Of a stretch of 34,185 nucleotides of DNA, positions 27,127 to 34,185 are shown in pieces. The DNA comes from a virus (lineage: Duplodnaviria; Caudoviricetes). Position 1 is the stretch's first letter. Each line of letters starts with the position of its first letter. The notes beneath the pieces are model-generated. The model was not told the DNA's origin. It saw only the letters and a list, made by a program, of their open reading frames with translations, and made no database searches. The stretch covers positions 1-34,185 of the IMG/VR virus record IMGVR_UViG_3300028594_000083. The stretch is one strand, 5' to 3'. Made by a program: the position numbers and the translations under genes.

Positions 27127-27684
27127 TTAGAATGGTAAATCATCGTCCTGAATGTCTTTTGTAGAGTTTGCGAACGGATTATTGTCATTACTTTCTTCTT
27201 TATCTTTAAATACGTGATTCACTTGTGGGAATTTAGTTTGCTTGAAGTTCCATGGTGCAACTGTATTAATCATTTCTGTATTTCCGTTGTACGTGTTTTC
27301 TTCTTCTTTGATATACACCAATACTGGTTTCCCTCTAAGTAGGCTGAAAAGGTGTTCCATATCTTTAATTTCAGTACCTTCAGGGATTCCGACTGCTGCA
27401 AGGTAGTGCATGAGGTTATCCATTTTGTATTTGTACTCGCCGTTAATGTCGCGTTTCCACTCATCGACGAACACCCAACGATCTGCATATTTACCATTAC
27501 GTTCCTTTAATTCAGGCACTTGCTTTAAGTCGTTTCTAACGATTAGTGAAATGTTCATTGACTCTTTACCGTTTTTAGTCGCTTTTTCTTTCACATTATT
27601 GATAATGCATTCGTATTCGCCTGTTGGTAATGCTGAAAAGTCGTTGTTTCCTACTTCTTCGTAATTCGTTTTAAATAATGTCAT
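27127..27684 (-). CDS. DUF669-family putative single-stranded DNA-binding protein
   Basis: LPTGEYECII motif; acidic tail DDDLPF. Confidence 0.85.
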   Translation of the reverse strand: MTLFKTNYEEVGNNDFSALPTGEYECIINNVKEKATKNGKESMNISLIVRNDLKQVPELKERNGKYADRWVFVDEWKRDINGEYKYKMDNLMHYLAAVGIPEGTEIKDMEHLFSLLRGKPVLVYIKEEENTYNGNTEMINTVAPWNFKQTKFPQVNHVFKDKEESNDNNPFANSTKDIQDDDLPF

Positions 27685-27700
27685 TTTTTAAAAACTCCTT

Positions 27701-29104
27701 TTAATAGTTATATTTTTGTTTAATTGGCTGTAGTTGTTGATAAAATCTAGGCCAACTTATATTTTTTAGTTCATCCATTTGAAACTTAATCCACGCTTCT
27801 TTTTTATTCGTCGCTTTGGCAAATAAGTAATAGTCTTCAATTGTCGCTAAATCTGATTTGTCTTTCTTCGCATAATTTAATAATGTGTAATCCACTTTGA
27901 ACGACTGATCAATTTCAGTCAGTTCCGCTTCTACATGCTCTAACCCTTGCTGCTCTTCTGCTGTTATTTCAAACTCGCATAATGGGCAAATTGTTGTTCG
28001 AGCTGGGATAACTCCAAAGCAATTCGGACAATCTTTTAGGCCAATGCCATCAGTTTTCTTTTTCTTCTTTTTCGTTTGTCCTTTAAAGTGTTCCAACCAG
28101 TCATGTTCTGAGTTTGGCAAACCGTGACGGGTATAATTACCAACGTGATCAATGATGATTGCTGTTTTATTAGGCTGATAACGCATCGAGCGCATAGACT
28201 GTTGCATGAACAACACTAGTGATGCCGTGGGGCGCATCTGTATGACGCAAGAGCAGTCTGGAACATTGAATCCTTCAGAAATTAAATCAACGTTACAAAG
28301 GACCTGTATATTGCCCTCTTTAAAGTTTTTCATGATGGACTCACGTTTAACTCTCGGAGTTTTTGCATCTGCATGGATTGCAGTAATACCACTCATTCTA
28401 AATTTATCTGCAATTGCCTGGCTGGCCTCCACACTGTGGGCGTATAAAATGGCTTTTTGACCATCCGCTAACTTCTTATAGTGTTCAACTACATCACCGT
28501 AGATTGCCTTATCTACTGCTTTATCAATCGATTTCTTAGTGTAATCACCAGTTGATGATTTATTTAATTCATCTTCATCAGCAAGGTTCACACTGTAATA
28601 CTTAAATGGTGCAAGTTTATTGTTCTTAATTAAATCCTCTACTGTCTCGCCGAATACTGCGCTGGTATAAATATCCGTGAAACCTTTCCCATTCATTCGG
28701 TATGGTGTTGCTGTAAAACCTAAGCGAACTGAGTTAGGGAAATAATCATATATTTCCATATAGGTTTTTGCTCTAGAGTGATGTGTTTCATCTGTAACGA
28801 TTAGTGTTGGTTCATCCATGAGATGCATCCTGTTCTTAGCTTTGCCAACTGTTGAAATGGTGACTTTAAAGATATCCACATCATGTTGCTGAAGTGTTTC
28901 AACGATTTGCTCAGCAAGTTCTTTTCTATGGACTAGAAATAATACCGTGCCACCTTTATCAACTGTTTTCTTTATAATATCTGCGATAATGACTGACTTT
29001 CCGCTTCCAGGTGGTGACTGAATGAGTACGCCTTTGTTGCCTTTAGAAATTTCATTCCTAGCTTCATTAACTAACTTGATTTGATAATCATGTAGCTTGA
29101 ACAT
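27701..29104 (-). CDS. Superfamily II helicase
   Basis: PGSGKS, DETHH, TATP, EGFNVPDC motifs; C-terminal CPNC/CPLC zinc ribbon. Confidence 0.95.
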   Translation of the reverse strand: MFKLHDYQIKLVNEARNEISKGNKGVLIQSPPGSGKSVIIADIIKKTVDKGGTVLFLVHRKELAEQIVETLQQHDVDIFKVTISTVGKAKNRMHLMDEPTLIVTDETHHSRAKTYMEIYDYFPNSVRLGFTATPYRMNGKGFTDIYTSAVFGETVEDLIKNNKLAPFKYYSVNLADEDELNKSSTGDYTKKSIDKAVDKAIYGDVVEHYKKLADGQKAILYAHSVEASQAIADKFRMSGITAIHADAKTPRVKRESIMKNFKEGNIQVLCNVDLISEGFNVPDCSCVIQMRPTASLVLFMQQSMRSMRYQPNKTAIIIDHVGNYTRHGLPNSEHDWLEHFKGQTKKKKKKTDGIGLKDCPNCFGVIPARTTICPLCEFEITAEEQQGLEHVEAELTEIDQSFKVDYTLLNYAKKDKSDLATIEDYYLFAKATNKKEAWIKFQMDELKNISWPRFYQQLQPIKQKYNY

Positions 29105-29807
29105 CGGCATCACCAAATTCAAAAATCTCTGATTGTAAGGCAAACTCTCTGTTGTCTATTTGGTTTTTTGCATAAGTGTCATCTGAAGGATTGAGTAAAA
29201 ATCCCCTGTTTCCAGTTTCTTTGTTGACTACCATGCGCCCTACCATATTCATAAGCCCTAACAATCCGTTAAGCACCTTTTCTCTGACATCAGGGTAGAA
29301 TTTGTTATAAGTCTGACCTGTGGAAGAAGTGACAGGGACTTGCATTTCCCAGGCTGTATACACTTTATTTATTCCAGACCACGAATTGATGTAACGGATC
29401 ATATCGAGAATGTAGTATGTGTACGCATTGTAATCTTGCATCTGAGGGGTCCCCATATCTTGGCCGTTTTTGGTTTTGCTTTCCTTTGCCTTTTGACCAA
29501 ACCACGCATTTTCAAATTCTGATAAGTTATCGATGAAAATATTATCGTAATCATCTAAATGATTATCGTGAATTTCTTTGAGTAATACTTTCGTTGAATG
29601 AAACGGTTGTGTTGTATCTAAATACACAATGTCTATGTTTTCTTCTCCAGCAAGTACATTCGTCGTTCTATCAATATCGATGACTAACGTTTTGCCTGGC
29701 AAATATTTAGCGGTAGAAGTTTTGCCTACACCTGGTGCGCTGTAAATTAAAGCACTAAAATCATGACCCCGTTTTAGTTCGTTTGCACTTTTAATATCTA
29801 AACTCAT
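29088..29807 (-). CDS. Sak4-like AAA ATPase/recombinase
   Basis: LIYSAPGVGKTS, IFIDNLS and YAKNQID motifs. Confidence 0.88.
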   Translation of the reverse strand: MSLDIKSANELKRGHDFSALIYSAPGVGKTSTAKYLPGKTLVIDIDRTTNVLAGEENIDIVYLDTTQPFHSTKVLLKEIHDNHLDDYDNIFIDNLSEFENAWFGQKAKESKTKNGQDMGTPQMQDYNAYTYYILDMIRYINSWSGINKVYTAWEMQVPVTSSTGQTYNKFYPDVREKVLNGLLGLMNMVGRMVVNKETGNRGFLLNPSDDTYAKNQIDNREFALQSEIFEFGDADVQAT

Positions 29808-30031
29808 TAAAATGGAACCTCCTCATATTCAACCGTTGTTGTTTCTGTTCGAGCAATAATCACATAATCACCTGTAGCCAGTAAGTCTGACCACTCAGGT
29901 GGATTTTTCTTCTGATTCACTTCGTATAGCTTAGCGTTCTCGATTTTCGTATTTAGTCCAGTCGCTGATGTGACAAAGAAACCAGACTTTTTATGCTTGA
30001 GTAAGTACCTTGTATCTGATTTAATTGCCAT
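29807..30031 (-). CDS. Hypothetical protein
   Basis: Likely start MAIKSDTRY. Confidence 0.65.
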   Translation of the reverse strand: MAIKSDTRYLLKHKKSGFFVTSATGLNTKIENAKLYEVNQKKNPPEWSDLLATGDYVIIARTETTTVEYEEVPF

Positions 30032-30260
30032 CTTTATCAACCTTTCTAACAATTTGTGGTATACTGTCTGTATTGAATATGCTTTCGTCACTGTTCCCAG
30101 CAGTGGCGTTTTTTATTTGCTCTAATTCACTGCGTAACTGCCTAACTTCTTTCGTTAAATCAATATTTTCTTGCTCAAGTTCTTCTCTATGTTTTTCAGT
30201 TTTATGAATCCACTCTGCAAATTCATAGAAATTGTTAAACGTTATTTCCACACCATTCAC
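30021..30260 (-). CDS. Hypothetical coiled-coil protein
   Basis: AAAGGAG RBS-like sequence; GTG start. Confidence 0.6.
   Translation of the reverse strand: MNGVEITFNNFYEFAEWIHKTEKHREELEQENIDLTKEVRQLRSELEQIKNATAGNSDESIFNTDSIPQIVRKVDKDGN
30057..30118 (+). ncRNA. Putative antisense small RNA of about 45 nt
   Basis: Extended -10 TGgTATACT (30057-30065) followed by terminator CGTCACTG-TTCCCAG-CAGTGGCG-TTTTTT. Confidence 0.45.
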
Positions 30261-30266
30261 CTCCTT

Positions 30267-30509
30267 TCAATATTCCATTTGCTCAATAATCTTCATTAAT
30301 TCAACTGCCGAATAATCTGAGATGTGTCCGTGCTCGTTGTAGTGAATAATTTCTTTTCTAAGTTGTGGAATTTTACCTTGGACAAAGAAAAAATCTTTTT
30401 CACATTCTTTCAACTCGTCTTGCAAGCTACCGTTAATGTCTTTGAGCTCTCTGTTTTCATAGTTCAACTCGTCTATACGTTCGTCTTTAAAAGAGTGTGC
30501 GTATGGCAT
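30267..30509 (-). CDS. Hypothetical protein
   Basis: About 80-aa ORF. Confidence 0.65.
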   Translation of the reverse strand: MPYAHSFKDERIDELNYENRELKDINGSLQDELKECEKDFFFVQGKIPQLRKEIIHYNEHGHISDYSAVELMKIIEQMEY

Positions 30510-30562
30510 TACCACTCACTTCCTTTCTTTGCTATACTCACCTTAGGAAGGTGGTGAACTAT

Positions 30563-30835
30563 TTGGATAAAGAAACAGTTCGTATTTTTACTAATATTGC
30601 TCTAGATAATAAATTGTGTTTACAACTTATCGTTGGTGGTCAAAGTATTAGCGGCAAACCTTTTGATGAAGATGCGCCTGGTGATGTAAAAGATTTGTCT
30701 AAACAAATTGATCCGAACAAAGAAATGATTGTTTACGATGTCATTGTTAATTACACAAAGACAAATTATTCTCAATTCAAATTCTTTGTTGTTGATTTCT
30801 CTTCAATTCAGGGTTTATCCATAACTGACCGTTAA
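30563..30835 (+). CDS. Counter-oriented accessory gene, possibly GvpU/Sm-like beta fold
   Basis: Extended -10 TGcTATACT (30530-30538), GGAAGGTGGTG RBS, TTG start; LIVGGQSISG...SIQGLS motif. Confidence 0.7.
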   Translation: MDKETVRIFTNIALDNKLCLQLIVGGQSISGKPFDEDAPGDVKDLSKQIDPNKEMIVYDVIVNYTKTNYSQFKFFVVDFSSIQGLSITDR

Positions 30836-30923
30836 AAGATTTTTGTTTCTCCAACTCAGTAACTCTCTTGATAACAGCTGCAACTGCGATTGAGAGAGTT
30901 GCTATTAGTAATAGTTTCTTCAT
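30777..30923 (-). CDS. 48-aa peptide with signal-like N-terminus (MKKLLLIATLSIAVAAVIKR...)
   Basis: GGAGGAGG RBS; ATGA coupling; 3' end overlaps the plus-strand gene. Confidence 0.55.
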   Translation of the reverse strand: MKKLLLIATLSIAVAAVIKRVTELEKQKSFNGQLWINPELKRNQQQRI

Positions 30924-31057
30924 CGTCCCACCTCCTCCACACCATAAATTTCTGCATATGCTTCATCTGCGATTGGGTCAACGAAGTAACTTCTGTATAA
31001 GAGTGCCGATACCAAAATGACTGTTAACAGTACATAAGAAAGTAATTCTTTTTTCAT
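30920..31057 (-). CDS. 45-aa TM peptide (MKKELLSYVLLTVILVSALLYRSYF...)
   Basis: AGGGG RBS; fills the gap after the DUF771-like gene. Confidence 0.6.
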   Translation of the reverse strand: MKKELLSYVLLTVILVSALLYRSYFVDPIADEAYAEIYGVEEVGR

Positions 31058-31061
31058 AAAA

Positions 31062-31364
31062 TCAACCCCTTAATATTTCTAGAAATTCATTCTCTAGGTA
31101 TTCTCTGAGTCCTGTAGCTTTAAATAACCATCTATCGCCTTTTCCTGATGGGTAGTAGGTAAAATCTTTAATGTCTTTCCTGCGTTCTGGATGATCTAAT
31201 ATGTTAGATTTTAGCCACGATTCAGAACGTCCTGATAAATCTATTAAATCTTTCATGGTGTAGTATTGACCTGTAAGCTCGTTATCTTTAAGTTCTTCGT
31301 ACTCATCTCTAGTAATAAGCACATGCGTCTCAGGTATAGGAATCTTTACTTCTAAGACTGTCAT
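31062..31364 (-). CDS. DUF771-like DNA-binding protein
   Basis: IPETHVLITRDEY, YTMKDL, WLKSNIL and WLFKA motifs; follows cro. Confidence 0.8.
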   Translation of the reverse strand: MTVLEVKIPIPETHVLITRDEYEELKDNELTGQYYTMKDLIDLSGRSESWLKSNILDHPERRKDIKDFTYYPSGKGDRWLFKATGLREYLENEFLEILRG

Positions 31365-31595
31365 TTAATTCACCTCTTTCAAATCGTATTTAAAATGCGA
31401 TTTGTTATCAAAAAAAATAATGTCTTGAGGATTTACCTCTAATGCATTACAAATCTTAACGACATTACCAACTTTTATTGAGTCTGGATTACGTTCCCAC
31501 ACATTATAAGTACTTGCTGGCACACCAATCTTTTTCGCTAATTCAAACTGCGTCAGACCTTTATTAACACGCCATTCCTTGAGTGTTCTCCCCAC
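31365..31595 (-). CDS. cro: Cro-like XRE HTH regulator
   Basis: TLKEWRVNKGLTQFELAKKIGV...WE; divergent from cI. Confidence 0.9.
   Translation of the reverse strand: MGRTLKEWRVNKGLTQFELAKKIGVPASTYNVWERNPDSIKVGNVVKICNALEVNPQDIIFFDNKSHFKYDLKEVN
31383..31401. promoter_or_regulatory. Distal operator ATCGTATTTAAAATGCGAT
   Basis: Near-palindrome matching the switch operators, at the 3' end of cro. Confidence 0.75.
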
Positions 31596-31629
31596 TTGTG
31601 TACCCCTCCTTTCGCTTGATGTTGATTCA

Positions 31630-31727
31630 ACTATATCGCATTAAAAATACGATTGCAAGCATAAAATACGAATTTATAACAAAAAATACGAAATCGCATT
31701 GAAAAATACGAATTTTAATAGTATAAT
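31630..31727. promoter_or_regulatory. Genetic switch: divergent promoters and operators
   Basis: Minus promoter TTGCAA(31658-53)-17-TATAGT; plus promoter TTGAAA(31699)-17-TATAAT(31722); operators ATCGCATTAAAAATACGAT (31635) and ATCGCATTGAAAAATACGAA (31693); AAATACGAA half-sites. Confidence 0.88.
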
Positions 31728-31764
31728 TTGTATATAGTAATTTTACAAAAGAGAGGTGTTATTG

Positions 31765-32391
31765 GTGTTTAAAGAAAGAATAAAAGAATTACGTCAGTTA
31801 AATAATTTAAATAAAGTTGAGATGGCTAAAAAATTAAAAGTAGCTGAAGGTACAATCAGAAGTTGGGAGAATGGTATATCCGAACCGAAGTGGAAAAAGA
31901 TAAGGGAAATCACTCAGATTTTTGATGTTGATGAAAGTTGGTTAATGGGATTAGATAATTTAGAAGTTTCGAAAGATGATGAAGTGGATTTAAGTTATTT
32001 CGGTACAGTATCTGCTGGTAATTTTGAGACTGTGCCATTAGAAGACGGTTCCATTAAAGTACCGAATTCCGCTTTTAGAAATGTTAAATCAGAACATTGT
32101 TTTGCACTGAAAGTAAATGGCGACAGCATGAATAAAGTACTGGCTAATGGCTCTTACATCATTATTCATGATTATAGAAATATTACTGCACCACTTTTAA
32201 AGACTTCTGATTTATTATTAATCAGAAATGGCAATGGTTACACTATCAAACGCGTCAGACTAACTGATACGAAAATACATTTCGAACCTGATAGCTATAT
32301 AGATGAGTTTAAAACTGAAACATACGATAGAGATTTAAGTGATGATATAGAAGTAATCGGAAAAGTAATATATAATTTTAGACAATTTTAA
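31765..32391 (+). CDS. cI: CI-like repressor (XRE HTH plus S24 peptidase)
   Basis: HTH; VSAG cleavage site, GDSM serine and TIKR lysine. Confidence 0.95.
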   Translation: MFKERIKELRQLNNLNKVEMAKKLKVAEGTIRSWENGISEPKWKKIREITQIFDVDESWLMGLDNLEVSKDDEVDLSYFGTVSAGNFETVPLEDGSIKVPNSAFRNVKSEHCFALKVNGDSMNKVLANGSYIIIHDYRNITAPLLKTSDLLLIRNGNGYTIKRVRLTDTKIHFEPDSYIDEFKTETYDRDLSDDIEVIGKVIYNFRQF

Positions 32392-32412
32392 TATCAAAAA
32401 GGAGTGATTAAT

Positions 32413-32937
32413 ATGGAAATGGATAAAAAAGATATGAAGAGAATGGCAGCTTTAAGATCGGATATTAAGTTAAGAGATGATATGTTGGCAAAATCAAATT
32501 TAATAGTATCTAAAAGACAAAAGAAAAAACACCAAGAAAAGAAAGATGCAGCTTTAAAAGAACTAGAAGAATTTAGAATTAAATATGACGATCCAAATAT
32601 TGATGCTAAAGCTCAACAAGAACTAATTGAAAATAGTAGATGGACGAAAGCGGGTAATGCGTTAGAAAATGCAGGGAATAAAATGGATTCAGTTGGCCGA
32701 AAAATGCAAAAAGCAGGCCTTAAAACAACAGCTATTGTGTGGACACCTGTATTATACGGTGGTTATAAAGTTGGTAAAGCTGCGTTCGGCAAAGATAAAT
32801 CTACACCTAACACGCCTGAACAAGAATTTATCGGCCTGATTAATGAATGTGAGCAAGCGTTTAAAGATGGAAAAATTGATGAATCTACAATGAAGTTTTA
32901 CATCCAAGATTTTGCTAACACTAAATATAGACAGTAA
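32413..32937 (+). CDS. Lysogeny-module protein with a TMP-like segment and SHOCT-like C-terminus
   Basis: AAGGAGTG RBS; lies between cI and int; segment KMDSVGRKMQKAG...TPV. Confidence 0.75.
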   Translation: MEMDKKDMKRMAALRSDIKLRDDMLAKSNLIVSKRQKKKHQEKKDAALKELEEFRIKYDDPNIDAKAQQELIENSRWTKAGNALENAGNKMDSVGRKMQKAGLKTTAIVWTPVLYGGYKVGKAAFGKDKSTPNTPEQEFIGLINECEQAFKDGKIDESTMKFYIQDFANTKYRQ

Positions 32938-32969
32938 TCTGTTTTTGTTCTTTGAAAGGAGGTGAAACA

Positions 32970-34028
32970 ATGACTATTACAAAGCGGGGTAAAAAGTATG
33001 GCTACGACTTCCGATATCAAGGTGAACGGTATAGAAGTCATCTATGGAGTAATAAACGCGATGCAGAAGATGCAGAAGTTGAGAAGAAAGAACAGCTTAG
33101 AAAAGGGATTGACCTATCACATGGAATGACTTTCAGCGATTACTTTGAGGATTGGAAAGATGTTAAAACGAAAGGTCTATCTTTGAGAACAATAGAAAAC
33201 TATCAGTATTCGCAACTGGTACTCGATAGGTACTTTAAAAAGCGTAAGTTAAAAGATATTAAGCGTATTGAATATCAAAAATTTATTAAATGGCTTGGAC
33301 TAGAAGCGCCTAACAGAAAGACAGGTAAAAAAGGCATGTCAAAGGAAACTGTAGATAAGGTTCATGGCCACATCAAACATGCAGTTCAAGATGCAAAGTA
33401 TGAAGGACTAATCGTAAAAGACTTTACCTACGATGTAGAAAAATTCTATACAGACAATGCTAAGCCAGTCGATGAAAAATTCATTACGATTGATGAATTT
33501 AAGAAAATTAAACAGCTAGCTAAAGATGATCATACCCTCACATCCATTGGGATATTTATATCCACCTTCACAGGCGCACGCTATTCAGATTTTAAGCATA
33601 TGAAGTACGATGATATAAATATTATGAAAAGTGAAATCCATTTACCTGGTACAAAGAATAAAAATGCTGACCGAGTTTTAAAAATAAGTCAAAAAGACTT
33701 AATTTCGCTACAAAAAAAGATTGATCAGTTCCCTAGAAATATAAATGGTTATATATTTCATAACGGTAGAAGCTTTATTCGTGGTGAGTCATTTAATGAA
33801 AGACTTAACACACTCGTAGAACCATATAAAATGCGACGATTAACAATTTATGTACTAAGGCATACCATCGGCTCTATATTCCTTTCTGAAGGTCTGAGTG
33901 AGGACTATGTATATAAGTTCTTAGGGCATACGAGTACAGAGCAGTTAAGAAAGACATATAGACATTTATTGAAAGAAACACAAGATGTAGAAGAATTAAA
34001 AAGCATGAGAATAAGCGAAAAACTTTGA
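32970..34028 (+). CDS. int: Tyrosine integrase
   Basis: N-terminal arm-binding domain; TGARYSD, GTKN, YVLRHT, LGH and TYRH motifs; AAGGAGGTG RBS. Confidence 0.95.
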   Translation: MTITKRGKKYGYDFRYQGERYRSHLWSNKRDAEDAEVEKKEQLRKGIDLSHGMTFSDYFEDWKDVKTKGLSLRTIENYQYSQLVLDRYFKKRKLKDIKRIEYQKFIKWLGLEAPNRKTGKKGMSKETVDKVHGHIKHAVQDAKYEGLIVKDFTYDVEKFYTDNAKPVDEKFITIDEFKKIKQLAKDDHTLTSIGIFISTFTGARYSDFKHMKYDDINIMKSEIHLPGTKNKNADRVLKISQKDLISLQKKIDQFPRNINGYIFHNGRSFIRGESFNERLNTLVEPYKMRRLTIYVLRHTIGSIFLSEGLSEDYVYKFLGHTSTEQLRKTYRHLLKETQDVEELKSMRISEKL

Positions 34029-34078
34029 GACCATTTTTGTGACCACATTTAATAATATTGTGACCTACTTTGTGACCA
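34025..34078 (+). repeat. Integrase arm-type sites TTG(T/A)GACC
   Basis: Copies at 34025, 34037, 34058 and 34070, forming two pairs each spaced 12 bp. Confidence 0.75.
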
Positions 34079-34169
34079 GAATAAAACTTTTCTAAACCTT
34101 TCTAAATATAATAAAACCTCTAAAATGCTGATATATCAACATCTTAAAGGTTCTAAACTTAACTAATAG

Positions 34170-34185
34170 TACCACCGGTCGGGAT
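34170..34185 (-). tRNA. Probable 3' end of a tRNA (Leu-like) forming the att core; partial
   Basis: Minus strand ATCCCGACCGGTGGTA fits the end of a T-loop, T-stem CCGAC, 7-nt acceptor strand and discriminator A; only 16 nt are visible. Confidence 0.45.

Larger units (their letters stand above)
1..34185 (-). mobile_element. Temperate siphovirus prophage, nearly complete, truncated on the left within the endolysin
   Basis: Canonical module order: integrase, cI/cro, replication, packaging, head, tail, lysis. Confidence 0.97.

Noticed and set aside
30777-31057. Signal-peptide-like small ORFs as arbitrium AimP
   Set aside because: No AimR/RRNPP TPR receptor in the window, and the switch is a standard SOS-cleavable CI.

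Overview
This window is an almost complete temperate siphovirus (prophage) of a low-GC Bacillales host. The endolysin N-terminus and module order suggest Staphylococcaceae. It reads mostly on the minus strand from right to left: a probable tRNA 3'-end att core, integrase, a lysogeny accessory gene, a cI/cro switch, early genes, a Sak4/helicase/DUF669/primase-helicase replication module with an iteron origin, dUTPase, a RinA-like late activator, TerS/TerL, SPP1-type portal and head, a TP901-1-type tail, TMP, Dit and a large tail-tip protein. The lysis cassette is cut by the window edge inside the CHAP endolysin. The most unusual signals are: (1) a lysogeny-module protein containing a segment that resembles the phage's own tape-measure N-terminus; (2) a 60-aa stand-alone copy of the tail-tip repeat flanked by a 15-bp direct repeat; (3) a cassette in the head module with an HExxH protein, two tiny basic peptides and a tandem, covarying motif ahead of the scaffold gene; (4) a hairpin-rich late leader with a terminator, and a tiny antisense transcription unit. 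All family assignments come from motif recognition by eye and gene order, not from database searches.
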